The position numbers and the translations under genes are program-made. A DNA stretch of 64,000 nucleotides from Dictyostelium discoideum (Eukaryota), in NCBI GenBank assembly GCA_000004695.1, contig CM000155.2, positions 2,304,001 through 2,368,000 of the forward strand, in the 5' to 3' direction. This document shows, one piece after another, positions 42,239 to 55,797 of the stretch. The first letter of the stretch is position 1. Each line of letters begins with the position of its first letter. The notes beneath the pieces were generated by a model. The model did no database searches and was not told the origin of the DNA. It worked only from the letters and a program-made list of their open reading frames with translations.

Positions 42239-42746
42239 GTTATTATTTCATTTTTTCATATTTCTTTAATTTTTTATTTCATTTTTACGATCGTGGAACA
42301 AAATATAATGGTTCGAGCAAAAATTGAAAAAAAAAAAAAAAATTGGAAAAATTGGAAAAAAAAAAAAAAAAAAAAAAAAAAATTGGCGCTAAATGAAAGT
42401 AAATTGTTATTTATTCTCAAAACAATCTAATAACCTTTTTATAAATAGTTTTTTTATTGTTTTGGTTAAATTAATAGTTTTTAATATTTAAAAAAAAAAA
42501 AAAAAATAAAAAAATAAACAAAAAATAAAAAAAAGAAATCACACTATTTTTTTTTTAAATCAAAAATAAATTAAAAAATAAAATTAAAAAAAAAAAAAAG
42601 AGGCAAGGCTGATGGTTGAATTGTTGTTATAAAAAAAATAGATAAAAAACATTGATATTTATTTATTAAATTTGGATATTTGTGAAAAAAAAATAAGGAT
42701 TGAGAATGATACAAAAAAAAACCTTTTTTTACCTAAAGTTGAAACA

Positions 42747-43244
42747 CTAATGAGTGCAGTTATCTGGTAAATGGTCAGCATCGTAATCACATTTTGTTCC
42801 ATCAGGAAGATCACATAATCTGACTGGCTTTCCATTAAGAATTCCAACTTTGAAATTTATTAACACAAGTTTATATTCCCTATCAATTGGGTCAACTTTT
42901 ATTTCATTTGAATTGATAAATTTGTATTTTCCATCGATTGGGTCCTCTGTTAATTCTTTTAATTCGAAAAATCTTTCATAATAAATAAGGTCACTATCTT
43001 CTGCTTTTTTAGCATATTCAAAGATTCTAGCATCTTCAAAATATCTTTGGGTTGAAGTTAAAAACTGTTCTATTGATATTTTATAAATCTCTTTCATTTT
43101 TGTTTTACATTCTTCGTTGCAATGACCATTTATCATTAATGGAAAACGGTCAGGGTCGAACAATATATCAAAATATAAACGATAACCATATTCTTTTAAA
43201 CTTTCAAGGGAAAAATCATCATGTTCACATTTGTACTTTAGCAT
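42747..43244 (-). CDS. Small Cys-containing hypothetical protein, paralogue of 39104..39613
   Basis: MLKYKCEHDDFSLESLKEYGYRLYFDILFDPDRFPLMINGHCNEECKTKMKEIYKISIEQFLTSTQRYFEDARIFEYAK...KLVLINFKVGILNGKPVRLCDLPDGTKCDYDADHLPDNCTH. Same conserved upstream region at 43260..43480. Confidence 0.7.
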   Translation of the reverse strand: MLKYKCEHDDFSLESLKEYGYRLYFDILFDPDRFPLMINGHCNEECKTKMKEIYKISIEQFLTSTQRYFEDARIFEYAKKAEDSDLIYYERFFELKELTEDPIDGKYKFINSNEIKVDPIDREYKLVLINFKVGILNGKPVRLCDLPDGTKCDYDADHLPDNCTH

Positions 43245-43675
43245 TTTAATGTATATTAATGAGTAAAATTGAAATAAAATGTATGTATTGCTTTGTAAAT
43301 TAAAATTTATAAAAGGTTATTGTAAAAAATAAAAAATAATAAAAAAATGTTTTTTCAAATTATTAATAAAAGAAAAAAATAAATAATTATTAAAAAAAAA
43401 AAAACTTTTTTTTGGGAGTATTTTTGTGAACCCCCACTCTCATCCACAACTAAAATTATATTTTCCAATCAACACTGTTTAACTGACCACTCGCATATGT
43501 TTTTTTAATAAAAAAAATTAAAAATTGAGGCACCAAAAATAGAAACTTAAATAATAGTAAAAAATTGAATAGATTTTAAATATAATAATGAAAAAAATTA
43601 TTTATTTAAATGTTCAACTTTTATATACTGGTAAATGAGTTATTAAAATAAAAATATTTCCGATCAACATGCGAA

Positions 43676-43695
43676 CCACGATTCGAACCTACGCC
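43676..43695 (-). promoter_or_regulatory. External B-box (ex-B) ~22 bp downstream of tRNA-Ser(GCT)
   Basis: The reverse complement reads GGCGTAGGTTCGAATCGTGG, a T-loop-like GGTTCGAAT element outside any tRNA structure. D. discoideum tRNA genes commonly carry an extra downstream B box (established knowledge). Confidence 0.55.
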
Positions 43696-43716
43696 TTTGG
43701 TTGGCTACTAAAAATT

Positions 43717-43797
43717 CGACACCTGCAGGGTTCGAACCTGCGCCTCCGAAGAGAACGCCTTAGCAGGGCGCCGCATTAACCACTTTGCTAAGGTGTC
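43717..43797 (-). tRNA. tRNA-Ser (anticodon GCT), 81 nt
   Basis: The reverse complement reads GACACCTTAGCAAAGTGGTTAATGCGGCGCCCTGCTAAGGCGTTCTCTTCGGAGGCGCAGGTTCGAACCCTGCAGGTGTCG. It has a 7-bp acceptor stem, anticodon stem GCGCC/GGCGT with loop CTGCTAA (anticodon GCT), a long variable arm and T-arm GCAGG-TTCGAAC-CCTGC. It is closely similar to the tRNA-Ser(AGA) at 36655. Confidence 0.9.
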
Positions 43798-44090
43798 ATT
43801 GAAAATAATTTTGGGTGATACACTTACTTAAGATGTCGTTGTATATTTTTTGGGTCGTTTAAAAATATTTGTAATTTATTAAAAATGTAAATAAAACTAT
43901 TTTCAGAAATAATACTTGTAACGAATTATTTTTTTGAATGGAATAAGGCAATTATTAGTAAATAAATAGATAAAAAAGTCAGTAAATCTTATATTTTAAA
44001 AAGAAATCACTAATTTCAAATGAATTTGTAAAAATAAAATTTATATAAAAACAATTTATTATAATTTTAAAATTCTCTTTGAAACATTGT

Positions 44091-46995
44091 TTATTTTAAT
44101 GAATTTAAAACTGAATCACATGGTTTACAAACTTTATCATTTTCAATACTTGTATGTCTCCAACATCTTGGACATTTAAATTTATCACTAATTTTTAATA
44201 ATACTTCAATACGACCTAATTGTTTTGAATTATTTGAAATTATAGTATTGAAAATAAATTCACCCTTTGAATTTGGTTCAATTTGTTGTGGTTGTTGTTG
44301 TTGTTGTTGCTGTTGTTGTTGTTGTTGTTGTTCAACATCTTTTTCAAAAGTATTAAATTTTTTTAATAAAACATTTGAAACACAGAAAATATCATCCAAT
44401 TGAGAATTAATAGCAAATAAATTATCATAAAATGGGGAAGATTCTTCATTTGTAACTGTTAATTCCATAATAGTTTCATCGGATCTACCAATTATACCTT
44501 GAGATCTCATTGATTGTAAAACTCTATTTACTACATCACGAATGGCAATGATATTAGTGAATTGATTAGAGATCAATTCATTTTCATATTGAGAAGGTAA
44601 TTGATCCCAACCGTGAGCAAATACTGAATTTTCAATTAAATTTTTATCTAAACCTTTACCATTGTTTTTAAATTGATATTGATGAAGGAAAACATCTTCA
44701 GAAGTATGAACTGTAATTGGAGCCAAAGCGATATTGATAACATCCAACATTTTGAAAAGTACAGTTTGAGTACTTCTTCTTGAATGACTATTTGGTGATT
44801 CAGCATAGAGATGTCTTTTGATAACATCGAAATAAAATGAAGAGATTTCAATGGAGAAATTAATGATTTCAGTGTGAACTTTTTGGAATTGGAATTGATC
44901 ATAATGACGAGTTACCGATTCTTGAAGTTTAAAAACTCTATGAAGTGCATATTTATCTAATGAAGATAATTTTTCATATGGAATCGCATGAATGGTTGGA
45001 TCGAAATCGAAATTTGAAGCCAACATAAATCTAAGAGTATTTCTAATTTTTTTAATACCATCTAAAATTTTAATTAAAATATTTGGACCAATAGAGATAT
45101 CTTTGGAATAGTCAGAAGATGCAACCCAAGTTCTTAAAAGATCAACACCATATGGAGGATTTTGAACTTTATTTGGACCACCTTTGATAACAGTTGATGG
45201 TACAATGGTATTACCAATTGATTTTGACATTTTAATACCACTTTCATCCAAAAGGAAACCATGTGTAACAACATTTTTATATGGTTCAATGTCTCTAACA
45301 CAAACACTAGTCAATAGTGAAGATTGGAACCAACCACGATGTTGATCACTACCTTCTAAATAGATATCGGCTCTACCAGTATCTTTATCGATGATACCAC
45401 GTTCAACCAATACACCTCTCCAAGATGTACCACTATCAAACCAAACATCCATAGTATCGGTACCTTTTACAAAGTTTTCATGTTGATCCTTTAATGATGG
45501 TGGTAATAATTGTTGAGTTGACATTTCAAACCAACAATCTGAACCAAATTTACCAAATAACTCTTTAATATGATTAATTGACTCATCGTTAATTAATGGT
45601 TCATTGGTTTTACAATTGTATAACACTGGAATTGGACAACCCCAAACACGTTGTCTAGAGATACACCAATCAGTTCTTTTACCAATCATACTTGATAATC
45701 TATTACTACCAGATGGTGGTACCATATTAACTCTTTCAATAGATTGTAATGCAGTTTTTTGAATATTTTTTAAACCAACAAACCATTGAAGTGTTGTACG
45801 AATTATAATTGGTTTCTTTGTTCTCCAATCATATGGATATTTATGAATATAATCTTCTTTATGAAGTAGTGAACCAATAGTTTCAAGATCATTAATTACT
45901 GCTTCATTACCATCACCCAATACTTCAAGTCCAACAAATTTTTCACCAACTTCATCAGTAAAACAACCTAAATCATTAACTGGTGATAAAACTTTAAGGT
46001 CTGGATATTGTTGTTGACAAATTTGAAAATCTTCAACACCATGACCTGGTGCAGTATGAACTAAACCTGTACCTGAACCTTCAATAACATGATCACCAGT
46101 TATAATTGGTGATTCTCTATCATATTGTGGATGTTTTGTAATTGTACCTTTTAATTGTTCACCTTTAAATTCTAAAATCACTTTTAACTCTCCAATATTA
46201 AATGATTTTGTCAATGATTCTAATCTTTCTTTTGAAATTATAAACATTTCATTTCTATATTGTTCAGATTCAATTGGTTTAACTAAAATATAATCCATTT
46301 CACTATTGACACAAATTGCTTGATTTGCTGGAATTGTCCATGGTGTAGTTGTCCAAATTATTGCTGATATCACCATTTCAGCTTTATTAATGTCGCTTGT
46401 CGTTGGTAAATTGTTTAAAATATGATTTGATAACGATTTAACATTAAATTTAACAAATATTGATTTACTTGTATGATTATTATTATATTCCAATTCTGCA
46501 TCAGCTAATGCAGTTCTTGAAGATGGTGACCAATGTACTGGTTTAACACCTCTATAGATATAACCTTTATTAAACATATCATAAAAGGTTTGAATTTGTT
46601 CAACTTCATAACCATAGTCCAATGTTTTATATGGATTCTCCCAATCACCTAAAATACCCATCTCTTGGAAACCTTTTGATTGTTTTTCAATCTCTTTTCT
46701 TGCAAAATCACCTGCTATCTTTCTAATATCTGAGGCTTTCATATCAGATGATTTCTTTAATTTCTTAAAAGCTTGTTGTTCAATTGGTAAACCATGACAA
46801 TCCCAACCTGGAATATAATTAACTTTAAATCCTTTTAAAACTTTATATCTATTAACAATATCTTTTAAAATTTTATTTAATGCATGTCCCATATGTAAAT
46901 CACCATTTGCATATGGTGGTCCATCATGAAATACCCAATTTTCACCTTTATTATTTTCTAACTATTTTTTTTTTATAAAATTAATTAATTTTAAT

Positions 46996-47026
<31 letters not shown>

Positions 47027-47327
47027 TTATTTTATTTATTTATTTATTTATTATTATTTTTATTTTTTTTATTTTTATTTTTTTTTTACTTACTTGCCAT
47101 TTATAGAGTTTATATGGATCTTTTAATAATGTTGGTTCTCTTGTTGCTGCATTTGCTTTCATTGAAAATGTAGTTTTTGGTAAATTTAATGTATGAGCAA
47201 ATGAATGATTTGAATCTACTATTGCTGATTCTTCATTTTGTGATTTTGTTCCAAATGATCTTTTATAATTATTAAATGAATTAACTATAACTCTTTTGTT
47301 AAAAAAAGAATTATTTAATGATATCAT
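44091..47327 (-). CDS. mileS: Isoleucyl-tRNA synthetase, bacterial/mitochondrial type. Two exons: 47327..47094 and 46961..44091 (intron 47093..46962). ~1034 aa.
   Basis: Exon 1 has an N-terminal presequence-like stretch and TLNLPKTTFSMKANAATREP..., ending KWQ|GTAAGT. Exon 2 starts LENNKGENWVFHDGPPYANGDLHMGHALNKILKD (HMGH = class I HIGH motif). It continues with ...WTIPANQ..., KMSKS (GIKMSKSIGN) and the C-terminal zinc knuckle CPRCWRH...CKPCD typical of eubacterial/organellar IleRS. The symbol mileS is an assumption from the mitochondrial-type features. Confidence 0.85.
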
Positions 47328-47369
47328 TCTTTTTTTTTTATTCGTTTTTTAAAAAAAAAAAAATGATTG

Positions 47370-47403
<34 letters not shown>

Positions 47404-47623
47404 AATGAAAAATGATCACAAGCGAAACCAAAAAAATAATAAAAAAAAAAAAAAAAAAAATGAATGGAAATCAAAATCAAAAAAAAAATAAAAATCTAGA
47501 TATTTTTTTTTTTTTTTTTTCATTAATTATTATTTTTTATTTATTATTTTATTATTTTTTTTTTATTATTTATAATTTTTATTTGTTTTTTTTATTATTA
47601 TTTTTTTTTTTTTAATAATTAAA

Positions 47624-50600
47624 TTAATAATCATTATTATATAATTCTTGATTATATAATAATTTTAAATGATGAATTTTACCAGTATAATCTGATAAAA
47701 TTGAAGATAATTCACCATAATTATCAACCTTAAATAAAATATTTGAAGTTGAAATTGAACCTAATGGAAAAGCGGAAATGATTTCAGAAGATTCAACATC
47801 CCAAAGTATTGAATGTTTTTCATAGGAAGCAGAGAATAAATATTTGCCATTTGGAGAGAAAGATAAACCATGAACTTGGAAAACATGACTTTTTAAAGTT
47901 TTCCAATGATTGAAATTTGGTTTAATAGTGTACAATTCAATATCACCAGTTGATAAACAAAGTGCAAAATGATTTTTACTCCATGCCAAAGATGTAATTG
48001 GTTGAGATGAATTTGATTTGAAAACAACTGAATATTTTGAAGATGCATTCATTCTAAGGATATTAAAATAACCCTTTGAATCTCTTGTTAATAATAATTC
48101 ACCAGTTGAATTGAATTTACATTCATTTAATGAACCACAAAGACGTTCATTAAAAACTTCAACGTTGGTATTAATATTATAAATTACAATTCTACCAGTT
48201 TTACTTGAAAAAGCAACATCACCGTTACCATTTGGATTTACAGAGAAATAAGTTACCATTTCTGATTGTTGTTGTTTATCAGTAGTATCTATTGGATTTT
48301 TTAAATTTAATTGTAAAAATTCCTTAAATTGTATTTGTGAAGTATTGGCTGAAATTGATGCTTCATCAGGTAAACCATTTTCATTTAAAAATTGTTGGAA
48401 ATCTTTAATAATTACAACTCTACCATCTGATAATAAAATGATAAAAGTCTTTTCATCTGATAAAAGTTCAAATTGAGTAGCATAAATATTTAAAGTCATT
48501 CCTAATGATAGTAAATCATTTTTAGAGAAATAATTCCAAATTCTAATTGATTTATCTTCAGAGGTAGATAAGAGTATATCGAGTGATTTAATGTATTGTA
48601 AATAGGTTACAGCTTTTCTATGACCTTGAAGTACTTGAGTATTATTTTGACCTAATTTTGGATCCCAAATTTTAATGAATTTATCAGTGGCACCAGTAAT
48701 GATACGAAGTTTTTCACTATTTGGATGGAAAGCACAAGAGATGATTCTACCTGAATGACCAGTCATTAATGAAACTTGTAACCAATCTTTAGTTTCGAAA
48801 ACTCTAATAGTTTTATCATCGGAACATGATACCAAATATTTACCATCATAAGAGAAACGTGAACTAATAACCGCTTCAATATGACCTTCCAATTGTGCAA
48901 CCTTTGTCCATGTAGAGGTATTGAAAACATGAGTAAAAGTATCAACTGATGAAACTGATAAAAATTGATCATCTGGTGAAAATTGTAAGAATAAAATGGT
49001 TGAATTACAAATTTTGACGGTTTTAATTGGTTGAGCAGTTTTTGAATCCCAAATGATTAATTCACCATTCCAACAAGCGGTTGCAATCAATTTGTTATTA
49101 TGAGAGAAGGCACAAGTTGAAAGTTTATTGGTATGTTTCTTTAATTGAAATAATTTCACTTTCTTTTCAATATCCCAAATGATTGCACTTTGATCCCAAC
49201 TTGCAGTGACTAAACGTTTACCATCACCACTTACACTACAACCCCAAACTGCATTTGAATGACCACCTGCGAAATCGGCTAAAACTTTACCATATTCATC
49301 CCACATTAAAATCTTTTTGTCTCTACCAACGGAAATCAATTGATTACCTCTCCAAATGAGACTTGTAATTTTATCAGTATGAACCTTTGGGAAAACTCTA
49401 ATCAATGAACTAGTTTCACCACTCCAAATTCTAATGGTTTTATCATCGGAACATGAAGCAATCAATTTACCATCATCACGATATAAAACACATCTAATGA
49501 AATCTTCATGACCTGCCAATGTACCAATGACATAATCACTCAATTGTAATTTGTTAACCCATTTAAAGTATGGTTTCTTTGATTGATCTAAAAGTTTCTG
49601 TGATAATTGATTACAAATTGAACCATCTGGTAAATTATTTGCTTGTTGACATGTAATCATTGGGAATCTCTTTAAATTATGAACTTGATATTGAACAAAT
49701 GCACAAAAATCTTCAACTGAATTCACTGATGAAAAATTATTACCAACCCATCTTTCACCTGATAAACTTGGACTTTGAATCTCTTGTAATGATCCAATAA
49801 AATTCTCAACTAAATCTTTTGATAATCCAATTTTAATTTTTGCTTCAATAAATCTTAAATCCATAAATAAATTTGATAATAAATCCCAACGTTTTGATTT
49901 CATTAAATGATATGGTAATTCTTCAAATGGTTTTAATTTATTACTATTCGATAGTAAATTATTATTATTATTATTGCTATTGTTATTATTATTATTACTA
50001 TTATTATTATTATTATTTAATGACCAAGTTTTATTATTTAATGGATCAGCTAATGATAAATAATAATCAGCTAAATTAGATTGAATTAAAATTTGACTTT
50101 TTTCAGTTGGTAAATATTTATTAATGATTACTTTTACAATTGTATTATGAAAGAATGTAATAGTATTATGATCACCACCTCTTAACAATGGTGAAATTGA
50201 ATTTAAAAGTGGTGCCCAAACATTAAATGGTAAAGTATTTTGTTGTTGTTGTTGTTGTTTCTTTTCTTTTAATAAACCTAATAATTCTTCTTCTGATAAA
50301 CCAAATCTTGAAAGTGCAATAAAACATAAAGTTTTTTTAATTAAATCTTTACCCATATCTTCTTCCAAACGATTAATTATATTTAAAATTAATTGATCGA
50401 TTGTATCTGGTATACCTTTGGTAACGAATTGATTCAATTTCTCAAATGAACCAAATACTCTTAACTCTTCACAAGCCAATTTAATGAATAATGGGAATTT
50501 TGCATGAGTTTTTGAAATGAATCTATCTAATAACTTTGGTTCCAATTTTTTAGAAAATTTCTCTAAAGTTTTAGTTGCAATTAAATTCTTTTCATTGATT

Positions 50601-51964
50601 TCTAATGGTGGTAATGAAAGTGTAAATGGAATATTTGAACGAAGATGTAAATATTCCCAACAATCTTTACCATGATAACATGATAATAAAATTTTACATT
50701 TATCATTTAACTCTGTACTATCTGGTAACCAATCCATTTGATGTGCTTGATTTGATGTTGACATTTCATCTAAATCATCAATAACCAATAGAATATTTTT
50801 ATATTTACTTGCTTTCTTTAAAATCTCTGGGAAATCAATACGTAATTTCTCATGATTATCTGAAACTTCCATCTTTAAATTAAATTGTTGATTAAGTTCA
50901 CATGAGAATTTATAAAGAATATTTGTACTTTGAGTTGAATCAATTGAACAACCAACGAAATGATATAAAACCTTCCATGAATCACCATGATTATTTGTAA
51001 TCTCTTTGGCAAAATATGCAAGTGTTGATGATTTGCCACTACCTGGTTCACCATAAATAATACCAATTTTATCATTACTTTGTTTATCAGTTACAAATTC
51101 TTTAAGTTTCTTTTGAATATTCTCTCTACCATAATAATCTGATGATTTTGTATCGAAACAATTCTTATGAAATTGTAATTCTTGTTCAAATGAATCCAAT
51201 GGTTTCAATGGTGTTGGAAATTCAACTTCAATAATTGACCAAAGTTTATTGAAAACGTAATCGCCAAATGTTTCTAAATTGCTTACAAACACTTTAGCCT
51301 CCTTATCAACACCACCATATTTGCATGGATAATTCTCCAAAACATTACAATGATCATTCTCAATGAGTTTACGTTTTAAATCATTTAAAAGTTTTTCAGA
51401 TTCTTTATTCTCAACTTGAAATGATGCTTGATGGCTCAATGGTACTGACGATTGGAATGATGGATCTCTAAAGGCGGCTATACAATGTTTTGATGTCACC
51501 AATGAGTATTGCACCTCCAATGATGTAATGGAATGTCCAAGAGGCATTGAATTTAACCATTGTGAATATTGATCGTTATTATCCGATACTTTATATTCAC
51601 TTGGTACCCAACCAAATCTTGAACCCAACATTGTCAACATAATTGGACATTTATCAATCTGTTTCAAACATAACTCAATTTGACCTTGAACTGTAGTCTC
51701 ATCTTTTGTTAAACCCCATCTTAAATCAATTGGTACAATTGTAAGATTCTTTTCTTTGGCTTTAACATTCAATGCTGGAAATGTTACCTTTATTAAATGA
51801 TCTCTTTCACCCGACATATCCTTAAATGTTGATGATAAAAATACATAAAGTATTGTACCATTTAATTTATTTTCAATATTTTGTTTCTTTATAATTTTTT
51901 CATGTTTAATAATATTATTTTTTAAATCATTATCATTATTTAAACTATTCAATGTTGTTGATAA

Positions 51965-52002
<38 letters not shown>

Positions 52003-52078
52003 CTTTTTTCTTTAAATCAATTTTTTTAAATGGTGATGATAATGATTTTGATTCTGTATTAAATTTTGATTTAAATGG

Positions 52079-52109
<31 letters not shown>

Positions 52110-52321
52110 TAACTATCCTGAGAAGTAGATTGTTGTTGTTGTAACTTTAATTGTTTTTTTTTTTCTTTTTCAATTTCAATAACCATTTTTTTATTTGAAT
52201 TTACAACTTCTAAAAGTTCTTCTTTTTTCATAAATGGTGTATAAGAAATTTTGTAAGATTTTAACCATTTTTGAATTTCATATTTTGTTAATTCCTCTCC
52301 TGGAAATTCAACTTTAACCAT
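47624..52321 (-). CDS. NACHT/P-loop NTPase plus WD40-repeat protein (NWD1-like STAND ATPase), 1565 aa, single exon
   Basis: The N-terminal block LYVFLSSTFKDMSGERDHLIKVTFPAL resembles the DUF4062 module that precedes NACHT in NWD1-type proteins. The Walker A motif is GEPGSGKSSTLAYFAKEI and Walker B is ILLVIDDLDE. The C-terminal third contains >=10 WD40-type repeats (…GHEDFIRCVLYRDDGKLIASCSDDKTIRIW…, …GHSGRIISCAFHPNSEKL…, …SASYEKHSILWDV…). Confidence 0.85.
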
Positions 52322-52594
52322 TTTTATAAAAAATAAAAAAAAGAGTAAGTTTTTAATTAAAAAAATTATATATACAATAGTAAATATAATTAATAATGTA
52401 AAACTTTTTCTAAAAAAAAAAAAAAAAAAGAAAAAAAAAAATGAATGAGTTTTTTTATTTTTTGCTATTTTTTTTTTTTTTTGGAATCTGGGAAAAATCT
52501 ATTTAAATTTTCTCATAAAAATCCTTTTTTCAAATCATTTTTTTTTATTATTGTTTAAAAAAAAAAAAAAATCAAAATTTGATCTTGAATTTTT

Positions 52595-52628
<34 letters not shown>

Positions 52629-53195
52629 AAAAACACAAAAATATCTTTTTTTAAAATGTACAAAAAAAAAAAAATAAAGATATTTTTTTTTAATACGTAA
52701 AATTACATAAATAAAATATATACTAAAAAGTGTGTTAGATTTGAACCCCTTTTTTATTATTTAATTATTTTTATAAATTTTATCTACAAATTGTGTGGAA
52801 AAAAATAATAAATAAATTGAGAATTTGATATACAAAAATAGAAAAAAAAAAAAAAAAAAAAAAAAAAAATTAAAAAACACACAATGAAAAAATAAATAAT
52901 TATTTCTTTTTTTTATTTTAATTTTATATTTTTTACTATATAAATAATTTATTTTTTAATTTTATTTTTTTTTTATTTTTTTATTTTTTATTTTTTATTT
53001 ACCACTTAATAAGTATTCTTATTTTTTAAAAATATAAAAAAATTTAAAAAAAAAAAAATGATTTAAAAAAAGGGGGAATTTTGGGGATTTTTAAAAAATT
53101 GTTTTTTTTTTGTTCAAAGTTTGGAAAAAAAAGGGGTTTTATAAAATTTTAAAAAAAAAAAAAAAAAAAATTTTAAATTTTAAAAAATTTTTAAA

Positions 53196-53379
53196 ATGAT
53201 TACAAAAAACTTTCCCCCAAAAAAAAAAAAAAAAAGGATTTACAAAGATAATAGAGACTCAGGTAAATCATTGGTTTTGGATGGTAAGAGTGATTATTTA
53301 TCAAGTTCAATTATAAGTAAGTGCTAAATATTATTATTATTTAAAGAATAAAAAATAAAAATAATTAATTAATTATTAA

Positions 53380-53414
<35 letters not shown>

Positions 53415-53705
53415 GTTGGATTTGATACATTTAATGTAATTATTGATACAACTTTAAATTATTTAATTGTTGCTGAAAGAAAATGTGATGGTTGTACTCA
53501 ATATCCACCTTATTATAGAGAATCTCAAGTTTTTGAAAATATTCAATGTGATTCTCCTGCTTGTCATTCAATTGGTAATACTTGTGATAAACCAAATAAA
53601 TATGATCCACCAACATGTGGTTATGAAACAAAACTTCAACAATATGGTGCCAATATAAAAAGTATAATAAAAATTATTTTTTTTAAATTAAATTTTATTA
53701 ATTTA

Positions 53706-53752
<47 letters not shown>

Positions 53753-53892
53753 GCAATTTTATACAGAGATATAATATCAATAGATGATTTTAAAAATATA
53801 CCAGTTATCATATCTGCAATTTATGAACAAAGGAATGGTTTATCATTAAATTCTGCAATTTTAGGTGTTGGTCCAAGTGTATGTTTTATTAT

Positions 53893-53934
<42 letters not shown>

Positions 53935-54371
53935 AAGATATTAATATTTTAATTTTATTTTAAAATAAAGTGTTCAACATGCCCACCAAGTCCATTACAA
54001 TCATTATTATATACTTTAAAGAAACCATATATTTTTGGAATTTCATTAGATAAGAATTATTTTGGTGGTATTTCAATTGGTAAAATTGATCCATTATTAT
54101 ATACTGGTGTTATTAATTATACAACTATGAGTAAAAGAGATGGAGTTTATTCAGTATCTCCAATTTTTATTGGGTCACATTGGAATGATCAAATATATAA
54201 TTCAACTCGTAATGATATTAAAAGATTTATTATTTCATCCTCTTCATCACTTTCCTATATTCCAACTTCACCATATAAACAATTAAAACAATTTATAAAA
54301 TCTGCAGGTTGCAAATCTGGTGATTTAGATTTTTGTTCAAAAATTGATTCATTATTTAATTCTGTAGGTCT

Positions 54372-54420
<49 letters not shown>

Positions 54421-54689
54421 TAATTAATAATAAAATTTAGTGTATAAATTCAAGTCAAATTTCAATTAGTAGGTTCCCAGATATTGATCTTTACTTTGAA
54501 AAAGGTTTTATTTTAACAATTCCACCAAAAATCTATTTCCATTCAATTTCTAGAAACAACCAAGTTTTTATTTGTATGGGTATTTTGGAATCAACAGACA
54601 CAAACGCAATTTTGGGTATAAATTTAATGAGAGAACTTTATACAGTTTTTGATAATGAGAAAACATTAATTGGTTTCTCCAGAAAATAA
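53196..54689 (+). CDS. Pepsin-family (A1) aspartic peptidase homologue with degenerate catalytic motifs. Five exons, approximately join(53196..53315, 53416..53653, 53750..53877, 53971..54363, 54441..54689).
   Basis: Exon 2 reads VGFDTFNVIIDTTLNYLIV, with DTT in place of DTG. Exon 3 has ...AILGVGPS. Exon 4 has ...NYFGGISIGKIDPLLYTG...KRFIISSSSSLSYIPTSPY, with ISSSSS where the second hhDTGTS motif should be. Exon 5 reads ...C...ILGINLMRELYTVFDNEKTLIGFSRK*, the canonical A1 C-terminus. The N-terminal exon (MITKNFPPKKKKKRIYKDNRDSGKSLVLDGKSDYLSSSII) lacks an obvious signal peptide, so 5' exons may be missing. Confidence 0.6.
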
Positions 54690-54955
54690 TACTTTTATAT
54701 TAAAACAAAAAAAAAAAAAACAAAAACAAAAAAAAAAAAAAAATATATAAAAATAAAATAAAAAATAAAAAAAAAAAACAAAAAAAAAAAAAGCAATAAA
54801 GAAAAAAAAACAATTGATTTTTGAAAATACAGTTGCCCATTTTTTTTTTTTTTTTTTTTTTTTCTCATTCAATCTTACAAACAACGACCACATCTTTTGA
54901 TTATTTCAAAAAATTTTATTTAACACACATCAAATCACACAATCATTTCCCAAAC

Positions 54956-54993
<38 letters not shown>

Positions 54994-55093
54994 AAAAAAA
55001 AAATAAAATCTTTTTTGATTTAAATTCTGACCCTAACCACCAAATCCTAAATGTCAGGTTTTAATTTTTTATTTTTTTTTTAATTTTAATTTT

Positions 55094-55128
<35 letters not shown>

Positions 55129-55311
55129 TTTTTATTTTTTTTATTTTTTTATTTTGGTCCTTGTTTTAAACTATTGCGATTAATTTAATATATAAATAAA
55201 TTTTTTTTTTTTTTAATTCAAAAAAATAAACAATTATTATAAACAAAACAAAACAAAATAAAAAAAAAAAAAGATTAAAAAAAATATAAAAAAAAATAAA
55301 AAAAATTTGAA

Positions 55312-55749
55312 ATGAAAAATTCAACATCATTAGAACGTATTTCAAATAATGGATTTAATATTGATTATAATTCAATTAAAGACCAAGCATTAAAATATGG
55401 ATATTTAAAAAAGTTGGGAGGAAAAGGAATTTCAAAAAATTGGAAAAAAAGGTTTTTTATTTTAACAAAATCGGGAATATTTTATTATTTTAAACATAGA
55501 ACCGTGAGTTTTTTTTTTTTATTCTATATTTTATTTATATCATATTTTATTTTTATATATCTAACTTTTTTTTATCAAACAATTTATTATTATTCAAAAA
55601 TAATAAAATAAAATAAAATAAAATAAAAATAAAGAGTAAAGAACCTGTCGGAATTATAAATTTAGAAGAATATACAAAGATATATAAAGATAAATCAAAA
55701 AAGAAATATTTTTTATTAGTAAATGAAAATAATCCACAACAAGTAATTA

Positions 55750-55797
<48 letters not shown>

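Noticed and set aside
43655-43716. Possible second tRNA next to tRNA-Ser(GCT) because of a GGTTCGAAT element
   Set aside because: No acceptor, D or anticodon arms can be drawn around it. It is interpreted instead as the external B box characteristic of Dictyostelium tRNA genes.
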